Both the position numbers and the translations under genes were made by a program. A DNA stretch of 64,000 nucleotides from Alphaproteobacteria bacterium (GTDB taxonomy: Bacteria; Pseudomonadota; Alphaproteobacteria; JAAXGF01), in NCBI GenBank assembly GCA_963555825.3, contig CAUVXB020000001.1, positions 448,001-512,000 of the forward strand, in the 5' to 3' direction. The notes under the pieces were generated by a model that was not told where the DNA came from, did no database searches, and saw only the letters and a list, made by a program, of their open reading frames with translations. How positions within the stretch are numbered: the first letter of the stretch is position 1; each line of letters begins with the position of its first letter. This document shows, in pieces, positions 41,889 through 53,738 of this stretch.

Positions 41889-42527
41889 TCAGTCGACGAG
41901 TTCGAAGCGCTGCTGGACGGGGTCGTAGATGTGCAAGGAGCAAGAGCGGATGTCGATGTACCAGCCGTGCAGGTGAAGCCGCCTGTCGCTGACCCGCTCG
42001 CGAATGGCCGGGAAGGTCATCAGATTCTCGAGCGAGACGAGTACCGCGCTTTGCTCGCAGGCGCGGGCCTTTTCGTCCTCCGACGCGTTGGGCATGGTGC
42101 CCTGGACCCGAAGGTAGGCAGAACGGACGAGGCTCATCCAAGGCAGCACGAACTGGCTGCCCTCGCTTCCCTCGCCCGTCTTCGCGAACATGGAACGGAT
42201 GCCACCGCAGTGGGCGTGGCCAAACACGATGAGGTGCCCGACCTCCAGATGCTCGACCGCGTACTCCAACGCGGCGCTGGTGCCGTGATACTGGCCGTCC
42301 CGCTCGTCGGGCGGCACCAGGTTGGCGACATTGCGGACGACGAACAAGTCGCCGGGATCGGCCTGCAGCACCGTGGCCGGATCGACCCGGGAATCGGAAC
42401 AGGCGATGAGGGCCACCTTGGGATTCTGGCCCCGGTCCACAAGCGCCTCGTAGGTGGCGCGCTTCTCTTCGAATCCATCGTCGCGAAATTTCTTGAAACC
42501 GGCGGTGAGCTTGGCAACGGAATCCAT
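41889..42527 (-). CDS. Beta-class carbonic anhydrase
   Basis: ACSDSRV, RNVAN, GHAHCGG. Confidence 0.95.
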   Translation of the reverse strand: MDSVAKLTAGFKKFRDDGFEEKRATYEALVDRGQNPKVALIACSDSRVDPATVLQADPGDLFVVRNVANLVPPDERDGQYHGTSAALEYAVEHLEVGHLIVFGHAHCGGIRSMFAKTGEGSEGSQFVLPWMSLVRSAYLRVQGTMPNASEDEKARACEQSAVLVSLENLMTFPAIRERVSDRRLHLHGWYIDIRSCSLHIYDPVQQRFELVD

Positions 42528-42729
42528 GGTCCTACGTTTCTCCAGATGACACTCGGTATCGGCCCCGATGGTAGTCGAACCGACCCGCGCTGGAAATCAT
42601 CAACCGCCCGCCCGGCCCCATGGCATGGAATTGGTCGGCCCGAGGGTGCAGCAGTCCACGTCGACCGGGCGGGCATCGAGTGGTATGCTCAAATCCTCGG
42701 ACCAATGATGGCTTGAACCGACTCTCGAG

Positions 42730-43197
42730 GTGAGCAAAATGCATCGTTCCATTGCCGCGCTTGTGTTTGGCCTTGGTCTCTTCGTCACGGCGTGCGGCAG
42801 CAGTACCGGCGATCGTACGCTGTCGGGCGCGGGGATCGGCGCCGGGATCGGCACGATTGTCGGCGCCGTTACCGGGCTTTCCCTGCTCGAAGGCGCGTTG
42901 ATCGGGGCCGCCGCCGGTGGCCTGACCGGCGCGCTGACGACCGAGGACGCGGTCAATCTTGGCGACCCGATCTGGGCATCGGACTCGGGCGACGCGAACG
43001 GCACCGCGGTCAGCCAGATCCAGGCCGGGCTGACCGAGCTGGGCTACCAACCCGGCCCGATCGACGGCACCATGGGTTCGCAGACCGGCGCGGCGATCCG
43101 CGCCTACCAGCGCGACAACAAGCTGCTTGTCGACGGCCGCCCGACCTACCAACTCGCGCAGCACATCGACGGCCAGCTCCGGGCCGCCAGCGGATAG
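42730..43197 (+). CDS. Glycine-zipper lipoprotein with peptidoglycan-binding domain
   Basis: Lipobox VTAC, Gly zipper, IQ..L..LGY.PGPIDG.MG..T..AIRAYQ. Confidence 0.85.
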   Translation: MSKMHRSIAALVFGLGLFVTACGSSTGDRTLSGAGIGAGIGTIVGAVTGLSLLEGALIGAAAGGLTGALTTEDAVNLGDPIWASDSGDANGTAVSQIQAGLTELGYQPGPIDGTMGSQTGAAIRAYQRDNKLLVDGRPTYQLAQHIDGQLRAASG

Positions 43198-43452
43198 CGG
43201 GATCGCCGAGACGGTTGCTCGTTTGGCGACGACAACCAGGCGTTCGGGCGAGGCCTAGGGCAAGCCGGCTCGTCGTGCTGGCGCGCGCTCGCGCGCGAAC
43301 AACAGACGTCCACTCGGCCGCTGTCGGCGAGCGGCAGACAACGGCGCGGTCGAGGCGCGGCGACGGCGCGCCACGCCAGGCTCGTGACCCGATTATCTTG
43401 ATTGAAAACAATGTGATACACTACGGAACTCGCGCTTCCTACGGGGCTCGCC

Positions 43453-44325
43453 ATGGCTTGGCGATGGCTACACCACAGCATCCTCTTTCTCACGGTGGGC
43501 TTATGGCTCGCGGGGTGCAGCAAATGCACGACGACGGAATGCCTGGATGCCCCCAATTTACCGGCAGACAAGACGGCGAGTATTCAGGGTTACGTGCCGC
43601 TTTTGCACGGCACACCGTTCGGTGAAATCGTCAAGATCGAGTATATCGACGAGAAGCTCCATAGCTCGTTGAAGTACGGTAACGAGGCGCGTGTCCTGCC
43701 CGGCATCCATAGCATTCAACTGTACAATTGCTCTTCTTGGGGGCCGGTTCTCTTCGGTGACCGTACGTGCCTGCAAGAATACAGGACGCTAATAACATTC
43801 AACTTGAAAGCCGGACATTCATACGACGCGTTCAGTGATGGTGATGGCCAGTTCTGGATCGTCGACACCGATAGTGGCGCGGTGGTCGTCGGCGAGACAC
43901 CGCCGGTCGATGTGGCGGCCTATGAGTTGTTGCCCGAGCATGAGCCCGGCGACGACGCATCCACGCTGGATCAATTTCTGCCGCTTGCCAATGAGGGCAA
44001 TGCCACCGCTCAGAACATCCTCGGCAGGTTGTACGTCACCGGCGAGGTCGTTCCGCAAGATTACGCCGAAGCGGTCAAGTGGTTTCGCCTGGCCGCCGAG
44101 CAGGGCCATCGCGGCGCCATGAAAACGCTCAGCTTCTTGTACTGGGGTGGCGAGGGCGTCGCGCGCGACTACGTCGAGGCCTACATGTGGTACAGCCTCG
44201 CCGCGACCCTGGGCAACGAGCCGACGCGCGACGCGCGCGACGTGATCGCCGGGGCGATGTCGCCCGCCCAGATCGCCGAGGCCGAACGGCTGGCGCGCGA
44301 GTGGCTGGAGGTGCACGCGGAGTGA
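43453..44325 (+). CDS. Sel1-repeat lipoprotein
   Basis: Lipobox LAGC; AQ..LG..Y..G..VPQDYAEAVKWFRLAAEQG; M.PAQIAEAERLAREW tail. Confidence 0.88.
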   Translation: MAWRWLHHSILFLTVGLWLAGCSKCTTTECLDAPNLPADKTASIQGYVPLLHGTPFGEIVKIEYIDEKLHSSLKYGNEARVLPGIHSIQLYNCSSWGPVLFGDRTCLQEYRTLITFNLKAGHSYDAFSDGDGQFWIVDTDSGAVVVGETPPVDVAAYELLPEHEPGDDASTLDQFLPLANEGNATAQNILGRLYVTGEVVPQDYAEAVKWFRLAAEQGHRGAMKTLSFLYWGGEGVARDYVEAYMWYSLAATLGNEPTRDARDVIAGAMSPAQIAEAERLAREWLEVHAE

Positions 44326-44507
44326 CGCTGTCTGGATGTGCGCCCCCGTATATCAGCGCATCATGCCTGCGTTGCGCGCGACAGCAGATCTTGGCGCGCG
44401 GTCATCGGCACAGCCGCTTTTACCCTACGCGGACATCGGCAACATCGCGCACTCCGTGTGCTAACGTACCCGCCACCGCTCTCATCCACCGGGAATGCAG
44501 CTAAGCA

Positions 44508-45397
44508 TGTTCACCCGTCGGACACTGGCGCTCGTGTTTGCCATCCTGTGGCCGTGGTCCTCAAGCCTGCACGCCCAGTCCGAGGCGTTGATGGAGGCCT
44601 ACCGCCAGGGCGAAACCCTCTACCATGCGGGCCAATACGAGCAAGCCATCCCGCTCTTTCGTAAGGCGCTTGAACTCGGTGAGCAGGAGTTCGGCCCTGA
44701 GCATCCCACGACGGCGGCCTTGCTGAACAGCCTGGCCCTGCCGTACGAAAAGCAGGGCCGCTACGAGGCGGCGGAGCCGCTCTACAAGCGGGCGCTGGCA
44801 GTGCGAGAGAAGGTTCTCGGGCCGGACCATCCCGATGTCGCCACGAGCCTCAACAACCTCGCCGTGCTGTACGGTGACCAGGGTCGCTACGAGGCGGCGG
44901 AGCCGCTCCACAGGCGGGCGCTGGCCATCCGGGAGAAGGCTCTCGGGCCGGAACATCCCCATGTCGCCCTAAGCCTCAACAACCTCGCCGCGCTGTACTT
45001 AGCCCGGGGCCGCTACCAGGCGGCAGAGCCGCTCTACAAGCGGGCGCTGGCGATCCGGGAGAAGGCTCTCGGGCCGGAACATCCCCATGTCGCCCTAAGC
45101 CTCAACAACCTCGCCGCGCTGTACTTAGCCCGGGGCCGCTACCAGGCGGCAGAGCCGCTCTACAAGCGGGCGCTGGCGATCCGGGAGAAGGCTCTCGGGC
45201 CGGAACATCCCGATGTCGCCGCGAGCCTCAACAGCCTGGCCCTGCTGTACAAAAGGCAGGGTCGCTACGAGGCGGCAGAGCCGCTCTACAAGCGGGCGCT
45301 GGCAGTGCGAGAGAAGGTTCTCGGGCCGGACCATCCCTCGGTCGCCCTAAGCCTCAACAACCTCGCCGTGCTGTACTACACCCAGGGTCGCTACGAG
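44508..45397 (+). pseudogene. Secreted 42-aa TPR repeat protein, truncated by IS256
   Basis: Signal peptide; tandem 126-bp GPEHP.VA.SLNNLA.LY..QGRY.AAEPLYKRAL units, two nearly identical; stops at the IS256 end GAGCTATAACC. Confidence 0.85.
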
Positions 45398-48300
45398 GAG
45401 CTATAACCGAATCTTGACGGGGCGGTAAAAAGTCGATTCCTCATGAGAGTCGGCTGGATTATAATTGTGCATGTTTACTTTACGCGACCGACGGACTGGG
45501 GAATTGTTTGATCGCTGGTCCGATTTCGGGGACAAACGTCGGCGCCTGATGGAGCAATCCTGGGCCGGGGTTTTTCGGAACCATCTGCTTGTCGAACTTC
45601 CGGTTGACGATCTTTGCCGTCACCTTGATGAACGCATGGGCCGACCATCGAAGGATCTACACGTTGTCATCGGGGTCTTGCTTTTGCAGCAGCTGCACGA
45701 TCTGAGCGATGCAGAGACCGTCGAGGCCCTGGCCTTCAATATGGCGTGGCACTATGCCTTGGACGTGCGCAGCGAAGCGGACAGCTATTTCTGTGAGAAA
45801 ACCCTGCGCAACTATCGCCGTCTGTTTATCGAACAAGGTCTCGATGAATTGCTGTTCCGGTGTTTGACGGATCGGCTGGTGCAGGGGTTCTCTGTCGATA
45901 CCAGCCACCAACGCATGGATTCGACGGCCCTTCGTTCGGCAATGCGGGCGCTGACACGACTTGGTATCGTTGTTGAGAGCATCTCGAAGTTTGCCCGTGA
46001 GCTTGAGCGATATCATCCCGGTCTGCACGAGCAGATCAGCAAGGAGGTGATCCGCCGCTATGTCGATCGCGAGGGTAATGGCGCGTTCGCGAATACGGCG
46101 CCGAGTGTTTCAAAACGGCGCCTCGGCGAAGCGGGTCAGTATCTCCTAGCCCTGGTGCTGCAATTCCGTGACACGGCGGCGGCAAAGCTTTCCAGTTTTG
46201 CGATCCTGGAGAGGGTTCTGCGCGATCAGTTCGAGATCGTTGATGATGAGTATGGCGATCGTGACGCAACGCGCGCCGCGATTCGAGATCCAAAGGATGT
46301 GCCGTGCGATACCGTCGGCAATCCGGCCGACCCGGACGCGAGCTACAACGCGCACAAGGGTCAAGGATACATGGCGCAGATCGTCGAAACCTATTGTGAA
46401 GATGTCAGTAACGAGGCGGTTGCCGCGACACCGGACCTCATCACCCACGTGGAGGTCCACAAGATGACGGTGCATGACGGCCATCGCTTAGCCGATGCGC
46501 TGGATGATCTGAGCGAGCGCGCGCTGACGCCGGCGGTGATGCTGGGTGATTCACATTACGGTTCCAGTGACAACATGGCTCTGACGCGCGAACAGAACAT
46601 CAATCTCGTGGCGCCCGCACGACCGCCGAAAGGCGCCGTCTCGGGACGGTTGACGTTGGAGGATTTCACTCTCAACGAAGAAGGCTTGGTCTTGCGCTGT
46701 CCCAATAACGTCGAACCGGTTTCAGCCTCGCTCGCCAAAGCCAAGCTGCAGGCCCGTTTCGACCTCTCCATCTGCCAAAAATGTCCCGATATACTGCGAT
46801 GTCCCGTGCAGGCGGCCAAGCGTGACGGCCAATTTTCCCGCTTTCAATATACCCCGGCCAGGGCTGCCAACCAAAAGCGCCGGCTTTATGAACAAAGCGA
46901 TGCCTTCCGCAACGTCTACAGATGGCGGGCCGGCATAGAAGCGACCATGTCGCGATTAAAGTACCAGATGAACCTGGCTCACCTACGCATTCGCGGCATG
47001 CCGGCCATGCGCTACGTGGTCAATCTGCGTGCCCTCGGCCTCAATATCCGACGCTGCGCGGCAATCGCACCATAAAAAACGAAGCCAAGGAGAAGCCAAG
47101 GGTAGGTAATATCAGGTTTTATCCACCAGCAACGCGGAGACAGGCAAATATTCTTCACCGAACCGCAAAGACCTGTACAAGCACGCCATCGGCCAACAAC
47201 TTTTTATCGCCCCGTCGAATCTTGTGTACGGCGTTGAAATGAAGGCGGCGTATCCTGGTGATTGTTGATGTCACCACTTGAGCTAAGCCAAGGAAGGATA
47301 CGCCATGAAAGAGAATACCGTTGTTGCTTTTCAAAACCCATCTGATTTTCAGAAAGATCCGTTGACGGAAGTCCTACAAGCTGGAGCTCGCGAGTTGTTG
47401 GCCCAAGCCGTTGAGGCCGAGGTCTCCGTGTTTTTGGGTAGCCATGCGGCGCTTGTTGACGCCGCCGGCCGCCGCCGGGTTGTCCGCAATGGATATCTGC
47501 CGGAACGCTTCATCCAGACCGGGATCGGCCCGGTGAGCGTGCGCCAACCCCGTGTGCGGGACCGGGGGGACGGCGCCATCCGCTTCACGTCGGCGATCCT
47601 GCCGCGCTATCTGCGCCGCGCCAAGAGCCTGGAAGACCTTTTGCCATGGCTGTATCTGAAGGGCATTTCCACCGGCGACTTCGGGGAAGCCTTGGCGGCG
47701 CTCCTGGGGAGCTCCGCGCCGGGGCTTTCGGCCTCCACGATCACCCGGCTGAAAGAGGTCTGGGGGGTTGAGGCGGAGCGCTGGCAACGGCGCGACCTCA
47801 CGGCCAAGCGCTACGTCTATTTCTGGGTGGACGGCATCTATTTCAGCGCCCGCATGGAGGAAGAGAAGCAGTGCATCCTGGTGATCGTCGGGGCCACGGA
47901 CAAGGGACAGAAGGAACTGATCGCCATCGCCGACGGCTATCGCGAAAGTGAGCAGTCCTGGCTCGAAGTTCTGCTCGATCTCAAGCGGCGCGGCCTTGAA
48001 ATGGGTCCGCAACTGGCGCTCGGCGACGGCGCGCTCGGCTTCTGGAAGGCGCTCCGCCAAGTCTACCCAGGCGCCCGCGAGCAACGCTGCTGGGTTCACA
48101 AGACGGGCAACGTCTTGAACAAGCTGCCCAAGGGTCTGCAAAAGAAAGCCAAGGGGCGCCTGCAAGACATCTGGATGGCCGAAACCAGGAAGGATGCCGA
48201 GAGCGCCTTCGACTTCTTCCTGGAAGCCTACGGGCCGAAGTACGACAAGGCCGCGGCCTGCCTGGCCAAGGACCGCGACGTCCTGCTGACGTTCTACGAC

Positions 48301-48570
48301 TTCCCCGCCGAGCACTGGAAGCATGTACGCACGACCAACCCCATCGAGAGCACGTTCGCCACGGTTCGTCTGCGCACCTACCGGACCAAGGGCTGCCTGT
48401 CGCGCAAGACGGCGATGGCCATGGTCTTCAAACTATGCCAGTGCGCTCAGAGAAAATGGAGAAAACTCGATGGATCGAACCATCTCGCCGAGATCATTCG
48501 CGGCGTCAAATTCGTAGATGGAGAACGCCAGGATCGCGCCGCCGCATGATCAGCCCATACACAACTTTTG
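45398..48570 (+). mobile_element. IS256 family element 2 (tnp 47305-48549), both TIRs interrupted by IS1182-like copies
   Basis: Restored left end gagctataaccgaatcttgtgtacgg..aaggcggcgtatcctgg resembles the end of the IS256 at 14.5-15.9 kb; WVDG, QRCWVH, RTTNPIES. Confidence 0.9.
45416..47216 (+). mobile_element. IS1182/IS5-like element copy 1 (tnp 45465-47075)
   Basis: TIR GACGGGGCGGTAAAAAGT / ACTTTTTATCGCCCCGTC; DR (c)gaatctt(g); GRPS..LLQ..LSD N-domain, DPDASY, DSHYG, YRWRAGIEAT. Confidence 0.88.
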
Positions 48571-50100
48571 ACGGGGCGGTAAAAAGTTGTTGGCCGATGG
48601 CGTGCTTGTACAGGTCTTTGCGGTTCGGTGAAGAATATTTGCCTGTCTCCGCGTTGCTGGTGGATAAAACCTGATATTACCTACCCTTGGCTTCTCCTTG
48701 GCTTCGTTTTTTATGGTGCGATTGCCGCGCAGCGTCGGATATTGAGGCCGAGGGCACGCAGATTGACCACGTAGCGCATGGCCGGCATGCCGCGAATGCG
48801 TAGGTGAGCCAGGTTCATCTGGTACTTTAATCGCGACATGGTCGCTTCTATGCCGGCCCGCCATCTGTAGACGTTGCGGAAGGCATCGCTTTGTTCATAA
48901 AGCCGGCGCTTTTGGTTGGCAGCCCTGGCCGGGGTATATTGAAAGCGGGAAAATTGGCCGTCACGCTTGGCCGCCTGCACGGGACATCGCAGTATATCGG
49001 GACATTTTTGGCAGATGGAGAGGTCGAAACGGGCCTGCAGCTTGGCTTTGGCGAGCGAGGCTGAAACCGGTTCGACGTTATTGGGACAGCGCAAGACCAA
49101 GCCTTCTTCGTTGAGAGTGAAATCCTCCAACGTCAACCGTCCCGAGACGGCGCCTTTCGGCGGTCGTGCGGGCGCCACGAGATTGATGTTCTGTTCGCGC
49201 GTCAGAGCCATGTTGTCACTGGAACCGTAATGTGAATCACCCAGCATCACCGCCGGCGTCAGCGCGCGCTCGCTCAGATCATCCAGCGCATCGGCTAAGC
49301 GATGGCCGTCATGCACCGTCATCTTGTGGACCTCCACGTGGGTGATGAGGTCCGGTGTCGCGGCAACCGCCTCGTTACTGACATCTTCACAATAGGTTTC
49401 GACGATCTGCGCCATGTATCCTTGACCCTTGTGCGCGTTGTAGCTCGCGTCCGGGTCGGCCGGATTGCCGACGGTATCGCACGGCACATCCTTTGGATCT
49501 CGAATCGCGGCGCGCGTTGCGTCACGATCGCCATACTCATCATCAACGATCTCGAACTGATCGCGCAGAACCCTCTCCAGGATCGCAAAACTGAAAAGCT
49601 TTGCCGCCGCCGTGTCACGGAATTGCAGCACCAGGGCTAGGAGATACTGACCCGCTTCGCCGAGGCGCCGTTTTGAAACACTCGGCGCCGTATTCGCGAA
49701 CGCGCCATTACCCTCGCGATCGACATAGCGGCGGATCACCTCCTTGCTGATCTGCTCGTGCAGACCGGGATGATATCGCTCAAGCTCACGGGCAAACTTC
49801 GAGATGCTCTCAACAACGATACCAAGTCGTGTCAGCGCCCGCATTGCCGAACGAAGGGCCGTCGAATCCATGCGTTGGTGGCTGGTATCGACAGAGAACC
49901 CCTGCACCAGCCGATCCGTCAAACACCGGAACAGCAATTCATCGAGACCTTGTTCGATAAACAGACGGCGATAGTTGCGCAGGGTTTTCTCACAGAAATA
50001 GCTGTCCGCTTCGCTGCGCACGTCCAAGGCATAGTGCCACGCCATATTGAAGGCCAGGGCCTCGACGGTCTCTGCATCGCTCAGATCGTGCAGCTGCTGC
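48570..50100 (-). mobile_element. IS1182/IS5-like element copy 2, inverted and 5'-truncated
   Basis: Near-identical reverse complement of ~45686-47216; cut by IS3-like copy 3. Confidence 0.9.
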
Positions 50101-51520
50101 TGAGTCGGACCCGATTTCCTTGGACACAGAATTGGCTTAATCGAAGTGTCCAAGGAGGACCGGAACATGACCGACAATTTTGAGAACAAAGTTGCTGTTG
50201 ATGGGCCTGTGGTAAACGAGGGCGAGCTTGGCTCGTCCACGTTTTCCCCGGGCCAGGTTTCGCCGGCAGGCCCTCTGGGACTTGGCCAGCGGTGGACGGT
50301 GACGCGCAAGCGTGAGGTTGCCCTGCGGCTTTTGCGTGGCGAGCCGGTGGAACTTTTGTCGCGGCAGTTGGGCGTGGAGATTTTCCGGCTCGAGCAGTGG
50401 CGTGAGAAGGCGATCGCCGGGATCGATGCCTCGCTCAAGGAACGCAAGGGCGATCCGGTGAAGGCGGAACTGGACATCGCCATGAAGCGGATCGGGGAGT
50501 TGATCATGCAGGTGGAACTGCTGGAGGCCAAGACGGAGACGTCCGGCCCTTTGGGGCGGCGGAGGTCGCGGCGATGAGTGCCGCCACCTCTCCCGGCACG
50601 GGTTTGGCCTACGGCCTCCAGCGGGTCTGTGCGGCCTGGGGTTTTGCCCGTTCCTCGTTCTACGCCATGAAATCCCGGCAGCAGGCCACCGCTGAGCGCC
50701 CACCAGCAAAGCGCCGGGGACCGAAGCCCTCGATCTCGGACGAGGCTCTGCTGGTGGCCATCGAGGCCGACCTGGAGGCATCCCCCTGGGAGGGCGAGGG
50801 ACACCGCAAGGTCTGGGCTCGGCTTCGGGTCTGTCGTGGCATCCGTGTTTCCCGCAAGCGGGGGCTCCGGGTGATGCGCGAGAACAACCTGCTCTCGCCC
50901 CATCGCTGCCGCCGCCGTGGCGGAAATCCCCATGTCGGTGAGATCATCACCCATGCCCCCAACCTCATGTGGGGCACGGACGGCGTTCGGGTGTTCACGG
51001 TGGACGACGGCTGGGGCTGGATATTCACCGCCATCGAGCATTGGAACGCCGAGTGCGTCGGCTGGCATGTGTGCAAGCGAGGCGACCGCTTCGCCGCCCT
51101 TCAGCCGATCTCCATGGGGCTTGCGAGGCTGTATGCCTCGACCTCCGCCGGTGCGGCGCGGGGGCTGGCCTTGCGGATGGATCACGGCTCCCAGTATCTG
51201 TCGGACCACTTCACCAACCAGATCAAGTTCTGGGGCATCCAGCCGTCCTACGCCTTCGTCGAACAGCCCCAGACCAACGGCGTCGCCGAGAGGTTCAATC
51301 GCACGCTCAAGGAACAGATCATCCATGGCCGCATCTACCGCAACATCGCGGAGCTGCGGAACGCCGTCCGCGGGTTCGTCGAACAGTACAATGCCCAGTG
51401 GATCGTGGAGAAGAACGGCTACCTGAGCCCCGCTCAAGCTCGTCAGGCGTGGCACACCGCGATGTCACTCAGGCCCGCCGCATGAGACAAACTTGTGTCC
51501 AAGGAACCGGGTGCGATACA
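50101..51520 (+). mobile_element. IS3-like element copy 3, no matching DR (adjacent deletion or rearrangement)
   Basis: Same ends and proteins as copies 1 and 2; flanks unrelated. Confidence 0.95.
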
Positions 51521-51523
51521 ATT

Positions 51524-51826
51524 GTCTGCTCAGCCCTAGAATCCAGACGTTGGCGACTCAAGCACACGGCGTCCGCTTTCGAGCAGAAAGCCGACATGGA
51601 ACGTCTTGTCCCGCGATTCAGTGTCTCTAAGGTCTGCTAACGAGCGGGAAGCGGACGTTGCCGCTCAGCCTCACAAGCAGACCTCAAGCGATCTCGTCGC
51701 CGACGTCCGCTTCGGAGCGGTAAGCAGACGTAAATCGCGCACCTTCCGAAATTGGCGGCAGGTACGTCTGCTTCCGAGCAGAAAGCGGACCTCGCGGCGT
51801 GGGCCGCCTAATGTCTGCAAATAGCC
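51524..51826. repeat. Array of seven GTCYGC-N12/13-GCRGAC palindromes (the seventh completed at 53511-53527)
   Basis: Units at 51524, 51571, 51632, 51659, 51705, 51766, 51813; spacers 22, 36, 2, 22, 36, 22 bp. Confidence 0.8.
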
Positions 51827-53510
51827 CAGACTGTGTAAGAACGTTTGCTGCGTGATCTGTACGGCGCGTCTTTGGCTTCGATGATCCGTCGCGGCGGGTA
51901 TTCCGGGATTAAGGATTTTCGCCACTCGTGCGGACCTGTCGGCCGGCTGGCGCCGGTGTGAGCTGCGATTTGGCCGGATATGGGCGCAATTTGCGGCGCA
52001 GAGAGGCCTATGCGGTCCTCATCGCCGCGATCAGCGGGTCGATGCCCGTGATGTTCATGACGCGCTTGAGATTGTAGGCCAGCACGTGCAGGGCCATCTC
52101 GGTCCTCACCCGTTTCAGCGTCTTCGTCTGGAAATGCGTCGCGCCCATCCAGGACTTGATGGTGCCGAAGGGATGCTCGGCCGTCTCGCGCCGCCGACGC
52201 ATCGCCTCCGGGTGCTCGTCGAGCCGCCTCTCGACGGCCTCGAGAACATGCTCGTGCTGCCAGCGGGTGATGCGGCGCTGCTTGGCCGTGGTGCAGCGAT
52301 GCTTGATGGCGCATCCCTGACAGGCGTTGGTCCAGTAGCGCCGCATGCTCAGCCCCCTCTCCTGGCTGGTGAAGCGGTAGACCAAACGCTCGCCGGCCGG
52401 GCAGCGATAGACATCGTCGGCGGCCAGATAGACGAAGTCCTGTTTGCCGAAGCGGCCCTTGGCCTTGGCTCCAGAGGTCAGCGGCTTAGGCAATGTGACG
52501 GTGATGCCGGCCTCATCGCAGGCCAGAATCTCCTTGCCGTTGTAGTAGCCGCGATCGGCAACGACATCCAACTCGTCGGTCTCCAGAGCCGCCTTGGTCC
52601 GCTTCGCCATGGCTGAGAGCTGGGCGCGGTCGGTGCCCTGATTGGTCACCTCGTGGGCGACGATCAGGTGGTGCTTGGTGTCGACGGCGGCCTGAACGTT
52701 GTAGCCGACCACGCCGGAACCCCGGCCGCTCGTCGCCATCGAGCGGGCATCGGGATCGCTCAGAGAGATCTGCTGGTCCGGGCTCGCACGCCGCTCGACT
52801 TCAAGCGCCTTCAGGCGCCGCATCTCCTGCTTGAGGATCGCGATCTTGTCGGCCAGACGAGTCGTCTTGGTCGTGCGCGCCAGCGACGGCTCTTGCCGGT
52901 CGGCGCTGTCCAACTGGTCCAGATAGCGCGCAACGCTCTCCTCGATCTGCGCCACCCGCCGCGCCATCTTGGCCCGCGTGAAGTTCCTGTCCCGGCTGTT
53001 GACCGCCTTGAACTTCGAGCCATCGATCGCCACGCTCGCCTCGGCGAACAGCCCGAGTTGCCGGCACAGCGCGACGAACCGGGCGCAGACCTTGCGGATC
53101 GCACGGCCGTTGTCCTTGCGGAAGTCGGCGATCGTCTTGTGATCCGGCGCCAGCCGGCCGACCAGCCACATCACTTCCACATTGCGCCCGGCCTCCCTCT
53201 CGAGCCGACGGCTCGACTGAACCCGGTTGAGATAGCCGTAGATGTAGAGCTTCAACAAATCGCAAGGATGATAGGCCGGCCTGCCGGTCGCCAGCGGCTC
53301 GACCCGGTCGAACCCGAGGCCGCCAAGATCGAGCTCATCGACGAAGACGTCGATCGCCCGAACCGGGTTGTCGTCGCCGATCCAGTCTTCCAGGCGCTCC
53401 GGAAACAACGTGCCCTGGCTGCGATCGACACCCTCGACAAAACGCTTCATCAGACCCTCCCGCCAAAGCACGAGAGAATCATAACACCATCGACGTTTTT
53501 ACACAGGCTG
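51827..53510 (-). mobile_element. IS1182 family element (tnp 52008-53450)
   Basis: TIR CAGACTGTGTAAGAACG / CGTTTTTACACAGGCTG, 4-bp DR agcc, GRPAYHP, IDGSK, DPDARSM, ADRGY, EHPFGTIK. Confidence 0.95.
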
Positions 53511-53597
53511 AGCCAAGAGCAGACATTCCGCCCCTCTCGAAGCACATGGATTTTCGACCTCCCAGAAGATAGCCTACCGCTATAGGGGGGACTGCTA

Positions 53598-53738
53598 ATG
53601 GAACGCCGTTTGGCCGCGATCCTGTCCGCCGACGTGGTCGGGTATAGCCGGCTCATGGAGGCCGACGAGGAAGCAACGATCCGTGTACTGAGCGAATGCC
53701 GCCAGGTCATCGACGAGCTAGTCGCAAACCATCATGGC
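53598..53738 (+). pseudogene. Class III adenylate/guanylate cyclase N-terminal fragment, truncated by IS21
   Basis: MERRLAAILSADVVGYSRLMEADEEAT..HHG stops at the IS21 end. Confidence 0.85.

Noticed and set aside
44695-45397. Tandem 126-bp DNA repeats as a non-coding array
   Set aside because: In-frame 42-aa TPR coding repeats explain them
48711-51455. 914-aa ORF as a novel fusion protein
   Set aside because: Antisense frame of the IS3-like element read through into a truncated transposase; the same artefact gives 6769-8538 and 21512-22936
51524-51826. CRISPR array
   Set aside because: Units are too divergent and of two types, spacer lengths alternate, and there is no leader or cas gene in the window; reported as an unclassified array
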